From Scenedesmus sp. PABB004 (lineage: Eukaryota), in NCBI GenBank assembly GCA_014905635.1, contig JABVCE010000002.1:1-64000 (forward strand): DNA of 64,000 nt, read 5' to 3'. Under the pieces are notes generated by a model. That model made no database searches, was not told the origin of the DNA, and saw nothing but the letters and a program-made list of their open reading frames with translations. Position numbers and translations under genes: made by a program. Of the stretch, positions 59,047-64,000 are shown in pieces. How positions within the stretch are numbered: the first letter of the stretch is position 1; the number at the start of each line of letters is the position of its first letter.

Positions 59047-59667
59047 CTGCCGCGCCGTCCGCCTGCGCGCGCGGGGGCGGGGGCGGCGCGAGCGCTCTGT
59101 TGTGATGGCGCGCCCGCGCCAACAGGCGCCGCGCGCGCCCTGGGCGCCCATGCGGCGCGCCCGGCGCGTCCGGAGCGCCCCGTGGCAGCGCTCTCGCCCT
59201 CGACACGCCTCCCAGGCGGCCGCAGCGCGCCCCGGCGCGGCGCGAGCGCGGGCCCGCCCGCCCGCGCGCCCGCACCTGGCGCTGCGCCCTCCCTCGCGCG
59301 CTGCTCAGGGCGATGCGTGCGTCACCATGCGCGCGCGGGCACCAGGGGCGAGGATGGCGCGGTGCGCGCCACGCTCAAACTTGCGCTCGCCCTGCGCCGC
59401 GCCGTGGCGTGGCGCGCCTGCTCGTGGCCCTTCCTGCTCGTGGAGCCGATCACTGGCCGCTGCCGGCGCCGCGGGCCGCGGGGAGCGCTGCGAGAGACAC
59501 AGTCGAGTGTTTTTTTGCGCTGCACCTCGGGCTGCACATACGCTCTGCCCCAGTCCGCCCGCGTCACTGCCTCCTGCCAGCCGGGGTCCGGCGGGACCGC
59601 CGCCGCCGCCGCCGACCGCCGCCGACCGCCGCCGCTGCTGCCGCTGCTGCCGCTGCGCCCGCCGAGC

Positions 59668-60900
59668 ATGCGCGCCGCCGCGCCGCCCGGGGCGGCGCTC
59701 CCCGGCGCCGCCCGGGCGCCGGGCGCTCGGAGCGCGGGAGCGGCGCGGGTGCTGCCGCGCCTGCGCCGCGGCGGCGCCGCGGCCGCGGGCGAAAAGCTCG
59801 CGCGCGAGCTGCTGGACGTGGTCACCGCGGGGCCCAAGATGCGCAAGTGGTACGGCCAGCAGTCGTCCCTGCCGCGCGACGGCGGCGAGCCGCCGGAGCA
59901 GCAGCAGCAGCCGCAGGAGCAGCAGGAGCCGCCGGAGGACGGCGGCGCGCGCGACATTGTGCTCGTCACCGACGCCGACTCACCCACGGGCGAGCTGGTG
60001 GTGCTGCAGCTCATACTGCTTGGGTGCGCAGCTCGCGCGCGCGCGGGCGGCGGCGCGGCGCGGGGGCGGCGCGCCGGCGCGGCGGCCGACCGCGCCGCGC
60101 CGCGCGCAGGGCGCGCATCCGCATCCTCGTGCGCGACACCGCCGCGGCGAAGCAGGGCTACGGGCCGTATGTGGAAGCCGTGTCGGTGGACCTCGGCAGC
60201 CCGCAGGGCGCGGCGCGCGCGCTGCGCGGCGTGCGCGCGGTCGTCGCGCTCGGGCGCCTCGGCGCGCTGCTGCCCGCGGCCGAGGCGGCCGGCGTGGAGC
60301 GCGTCGTGCTGCTGTCCACCGCGGGTGCGGCGCGGCGGCGGCGGCGGCGGCGGCGGCGACTGGACGGCCGGCAGCGCGCAGCGGCGCGCCCGCGCAGCAG
60401 GCGGGCGCGCCGCTCGCCGCAGCCGCCCGCCGCCGACCCGCGCGCCCCGCCGGCCCGCGCCGCGCCGGCCCGCGCCGACCCGCGCAGGCATGCCGCAGCC
60501 GGGCGGCCTCGCGGCGCTGTTCCAGGACGCCGCGGACGCGGGGCTGAAGGACCCCGCGCGCGAGGCGGCCTGCCTGCGCAGCGCCATCCCGCACGTCGTC
60601 GTCAAGGCCGGGCCCATCCGGGACGTCCCTGGCGGCGCGTCGAGCATCGCCGTCGCGCCCGCGCCGCCCGCCGGCGCCGGCGGCGCGCCCGGCGGCGCCG
60701 CGGGCGGCGGCGGCGGCGGCATCACGCGCGAGGACCTCGCCTCCGCCGTGGTCGCGGCCGCGACGGCGCTGCCGGGGCTGGACGGGCGGCGCGGCGCGGG
60801 GCTGGTGTTCAGCGTGTCCGAGGCGGGCCCGGGCGCGCCGCCGGCCTCGTACGACGCGCTGCTGGAGGGGCTGCTGGCCGGCGAGCAGGCGCGCGCGTGA
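59668..60900 (+). CDS. Plastid NAD(P)-binding Rossmann-fold protein (atypical SDR-like, 3 exons)
   Basis: GPKMRKWYG, IVLVTDADSPTGELVVLQLIL, IRILVRD, GVERVVLLS, GITREDLA; transit-like N-terminus. Confidence 0.8.
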   Translation: MRAAAPPGAALPGAARAPGARSAGAARVLPRLRRGGAAAAGEKLARELLDVVTAGPKMRKWYGQQSSLPRDGGEPPEQQQQPQEQQEPPEDGGARDIVLVTDADSPTGELVVLQLILLGCAARARAGGGAARGRRAGAAADRAAPRAGRASASSCATPPRRSRATGRMWKPCRWTSAARRARRARCAACARSSRSGASARCCPRPRRPAWSASCCCPPRVRRGGGGGGGGDWTAGSAQRRARAAGGRAARRSRPPPTRAPRRPAPRRPAPTRAGMPQPGGLAALFQDAADAGLKDPAREAACLRSAIPHVVVKAGPIRDVPGGASSIAVAPAPPAGAGGAPGGAAGGGGGGITREDLASAVVAAATALPGLDGRRGAGLVFSVSEAGPGAPPASYDALLEGLLAGEQARA

Positions 60901-61099
60901 ACGGCCGCCGCGCGGGCGGCCCGCATGGGCTGCCTGCAGGATGGGGAGGGCAGGGGCAGCAGCGGCAGCGTTCTGGGGGGACAGACATTGGTCGGGTAAT
61001 CGGCGGGCCTCGGCCGCCGCGCAGCATGAGTAGCGTTACGCCCACACCGCGCCGCCGCCCACATCGCCGCCCCAGCGCTCCTCGCCCCGGCCGCGGCCG

Positions 61100-62265
61100 T
61101 CAGTGCTCCGCGGCGTCCAGGTCCTCCAGCGGCTCCTCCGGCAGCTCCTGCGCGCCCGCGGCGAGGCTGACGACGCTGCGAAACTCGCGCTCGGTGAGGC
61201 GCAGCTGCTCGAGCCGGCCGAGCTCGCCGCCGGGCGGCGCGCCGGGCGGCGGCTGCGCGCCGGGCGCGGCGCCGGGCGGCGCGTCGGCCACGACCTCGAG
61301 CGGCTCCACCAGCTCCTCCCACGCGTGGTTGGCAAAGAGCTGCGCCACGACCGCGTCGTCGGAGAGGTCGATCTGCGCCAGCGACCCCGCCTCGGAGCGC
61401 GGGAGGTAGTAGCAGTAGCCGCCCGCGTCGCTGCGGCGCGCGCACACACAGGGCGGCGGCGGCGCGGCGCGGCGGGCAGCGGCGGGCGGCGGCGGGCGGC
61501 GGGCGGCGGGCGGCGGGCGGCGCGTTGGTCCCACGCCGCGACACACTGTCGCCCGCCCCGGGGGCTGAGCCGCAGCCCCCATGCCTGCCCGCGGCCCGGG
61601 GCCGCACCGCAGCAGCAGCAGGCCGGGGACGCCCATGTCGTTCTTGACCGCAAACGGCTCGCCGTCCTCGCTGAACAGGAACACGCGGCCGTCGGGGCTG
61701 CGGTCAAAGCCGACGCTGCGGCGCAGCTCCGACAGCTGCCGCGCGTTCTTGACCGGGCCCTGCGCGGCGCGCCGCGCCGCGCGGCGGCAGGCGTCGGCGC
61801 CGGCGCCGGCGCCGGCGGCGCGGGCCCCGGGCGGCGCCAGGCACGCGCCCGCGCGCCCGCGTGCCCGCCTGCGCGCGCGGCGGCGGCGCGCGCCTTGGTG
61901 GTGGTCTCCATGAACCGCATGAGCTCCGGCGGCAACGCAAAGTCCTCCGTCACGTCCTCCGCCATGCTGCCCGCGTCGCGATCGTCCGGCGCGAGCGCCG
62001 GCGCGATGGCCTGCGCGAGCTCGCCCACGACCGGCGCGGGCGCGCGCGCCGCGAGCGCGGGCGCGCCCGGCAGCAGCAGCGACAGCGCAGCCGCCGCGGC
62101 CGCGGCGCCGAGCGCCAGCGCGCTGCGCTGCTGGGGCGGCGGCTGCTGCTGCTGCTGCTGCTGGGGCTGGCGCGGCGCCGCGCGGCACACCGCGCGCGCG
62201 CCGCTCCGCTGCGGCGCCGCGCGGGCCGCCGCGGCGCCGCGCTGCTGGTGGCACAGGACGCGCAT
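61100..62265 (-). CDS. Hypothetical thylakoid-lumen protein (3 exons)
   Basis: Bipartite peptide (ARAVCRA, AAAALSLLLPGAPALA); mature region GFDRSPDGRVFL..PGLLLLR|..YYLP..QIDLSDDAVVAQLFANHAWEEL; GC donor at 61893. Confidence 0.75.
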
Positions 62266-62821
62266 CTCCGCTGCCCGCGGTCACAGCCTGCGGGCGAGGA
62301 TGAGGGGCGGCAGACGGTGTCGGCGCGGGCAATGAGGCTGCGTCGCGGGTCCGCCGGCGAGCCGCGGCGCGCAGGCGGCGCGCCGCTGCTGCCGCGGCGC
62401 CCGGCGGCCCGCTGGCCGCGGCGCCAATCTCAGCAGACAGACTGCTCCAGATCTCTCGTCGGGCGGCAGCCGGTGAGCCCCGGCCGGCCCGGACTCGGTC
62501 GGGCGAGCAGCAGCAGCCGCACTCGGGCCGAGTGCGGCTGCTCTGCGACGCGCCCCGGCCACGCCCCTCGCACGAGCGCATCCCGATGGCCCCCAGCAGC
62601 ACGCACCTGATGCGCGGAGCTGAGAGCCGGCTGCTGCCGCTGCTGCCGCTGCTGACGGCGGCGGCGGCCGGCGTGGGGGCTGCGCGCTGGCGGCTGCTGT
62701 CGCGGTGCCGCCGGGCGGTGGGAGTAGGGCGTGCGGGACCGGGCACCTGCTGGCCGGCTGCCGCCAACAGGGCACGCCACGCTGAACCGCCGTTACGCGC
62801 TCGGCCCACCACCACGCCGCG

Positions 62822-64000
62822 TCACCGCCGCTTCTTGCCGCCCCCGGCCGCCTTCTTCCTGCCGCCCCCGCCGCCGCCGCCGGCGCCGCCCTTGCGCGCG
62901 GCGGCGAGCTGCTGCGCCGCGTGCGCCGCGGCGTCGACGCGCGGGCGCGTCGGCAGCGCGGTCGTGAGCCAGAGCTGGAAGACAAACTTCTCGGCGCCCG
63001 GCTCCGCGTCCTCCGCGGTGTGCAGCGTCCGCGCGTCGGGCATGCCGCCGGAAAAGGCGGGGAAGAAGAGCAGCGCGCGCCCCCGCGCCGGCGCCACGGC
63101 GACGCCGCAGTGCTCGAAGCGCGTGCGGCCGCCGGAGGGGACGTCGTTCAAATACACCAGCAGCGTGCCGCGGCGCTGGTAGCCCTTGGCCAGCGCGACC
63201 GACGCGGGGAAGCCGTCCTCGTGGGCGAGAAAGTGCTGCCCTGGCGGGCGGGCCGGGGGCTCGTGTGCGCGTGAGTGCGCGCGCACGGGGAGGCGCGGGC
63301 GCGAGTCGCGCGCGCGCGGCGACCAAGGAACGGCGCGGGGCGGCGCGGCGCGGGCGCCCCCCCCCCCCCCCCCCCGCGGCGGCGGCGGCGGCGGCGGCGC
63401 CGCACCGGGCAGGTAGTGCGCGACCTGGGGGAGCTCCGGCGCGAGCTGCGTCGGCGACGTGGGCCGCGCGAACGACGCCGCGCCGGCCGCGAGCGCCGAG
63501 CAGTCGAGCCCCGGGCCGCCGACGAGCGCGCCCGCGCGCGCCAGCACCGCGTCGAGCAGCGGCCCGAGCTCCGGCACGGCCGCGACGACGTCGCGCGTGA
63601 GCGCGAGCGTGCTGCTCGTGCGCACGTCGGCGGGGCCGCCGGCGCCGCCGACGGCGCTCGCGGCCATGCGCCCCGAGGCCGCCGCCGCGGCGACGAGCGC
63701 GTCGCACGCGTCGGGCGGCAGGAAGCCGTCCACGGTGATGACGGGCGGGTCGATGTTGAGCACGCGCAGCCCCGGGTGGGCCAGGTTCACGGGGAGGTAG
63801 CCCTTCGCGAGGCTCGCGCTGAAGCCCGACAGCGCGTCGGCCGGCTGCGTCGCGGGGTCGAGCCCGCCCGCGTCGAGCAGCGCCGGCGAGATGCGCACGA
63901 TCTCGGTCGGCGGCCCGCCGACGGCGCGCGCGCCGGGCGGCGCCGCCGGCGCGGGCGGCGGCGGCGGCGGCTCCTCGGCTGCTGCGGCGGAGTCGGTGGC
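62822..64000 (-). CDS. Prolyl 4-hydroxylase-like 2OG-Fe(II) dioxygenase (5' end outside window)
   Basis: VLNIDPPVITVDGFL, VRTSST, PQVAHYLP|GQHFLAHED (HxD), TLLVYLNDVPSGGRTRF, GRALLFFP, RTLHTA, EK..QLW; one intron about 63405-63242. Confidence 0.9.
   Translation of the reverse strand, partial: ATDSAAAAEEPPPPPPAPAAPPGARAVGGPPTEIVRISPALLDAGGLDPATQPADALSGFSASLAKGYLPVNLAHPGLRVLNIDPPVITVDGFLPPDACDALVAAAAASGRMAASAVGGAGGPADVRTSSTLALTRDVVAAVPELGPLLDAVLARAGALVGGPGLDCSALAAGAASFARPTSPTQLAPELPQVAHYLPGAAPPPPPPPRGGGGGGARAAPPRAVPWSPRARDSRPRLPVRAHSRAHEPPARPPGQHFLAHEDGFPASVALAKGYQRRGTLLVYLNDVPSGGRTRFEHCGVAVAPARGRALLFFPAFSGGMPDARTLHTAEDAEPGAEKFVFQLWLTTALPTRPRVDAAAHAAQQLAAARKGGAGGGGGGGRKKAAGGGKKRR

Noticed and set aside
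56740..60900. 1386-aa and 1142-aa plus-strand ORFs
   Set aside because: Antisense shadows of the IDM1-like exon in stop-poor GC DNA; only 59668-60900 holds real exons.

Overview
Very GC-rich (roughly 80% by eye), gene-dense, intron-rich eukaryotic nuclear DNA. TGTAA poly(A) signals, CTGAC/CTCAC branch points, plastid/thylakoid transit peptides and gene content point to a chlorophyte green alga (inference). Most long ORFs in the track are GC shadow frames; gene models here were spliced by hand. In order: a ~2.37-kb tandem array (at least 4 copies, running off the left edge) of a two-exon gene for a secreted 313-aa precursor with three GGARRLLQ sites; mitochondrial bL27; eIF4B-like; Tudor-SRA-SET SUVH-like methyltransferase; a ~1.5-kb non-coding region packed with long hairpins; a BAR-like/coiled-coil gene and its inverted paralog sharing a ~650-bp near-identical tract; two plastid hypothetical genes; an At2g30600-like BACK/discoidin protein; mTERF-like; homogentisate phytyltransferase; a heme-oxygenase-like diiron enzyme; AP-1 mu; RPN10; a motor-less dynein heavy chain tail-like gene; mS38; an IDM1-family PHD/GNAT protein; a Rossmann-fold protein; a lumen protein; a partial prolyl 4-hydroxylase-like gene. 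About one intron in six (hand count) has a GC donor. Several single-base deletions look like assembly errors. Family calls rest on remembered motifs; no searches were run.
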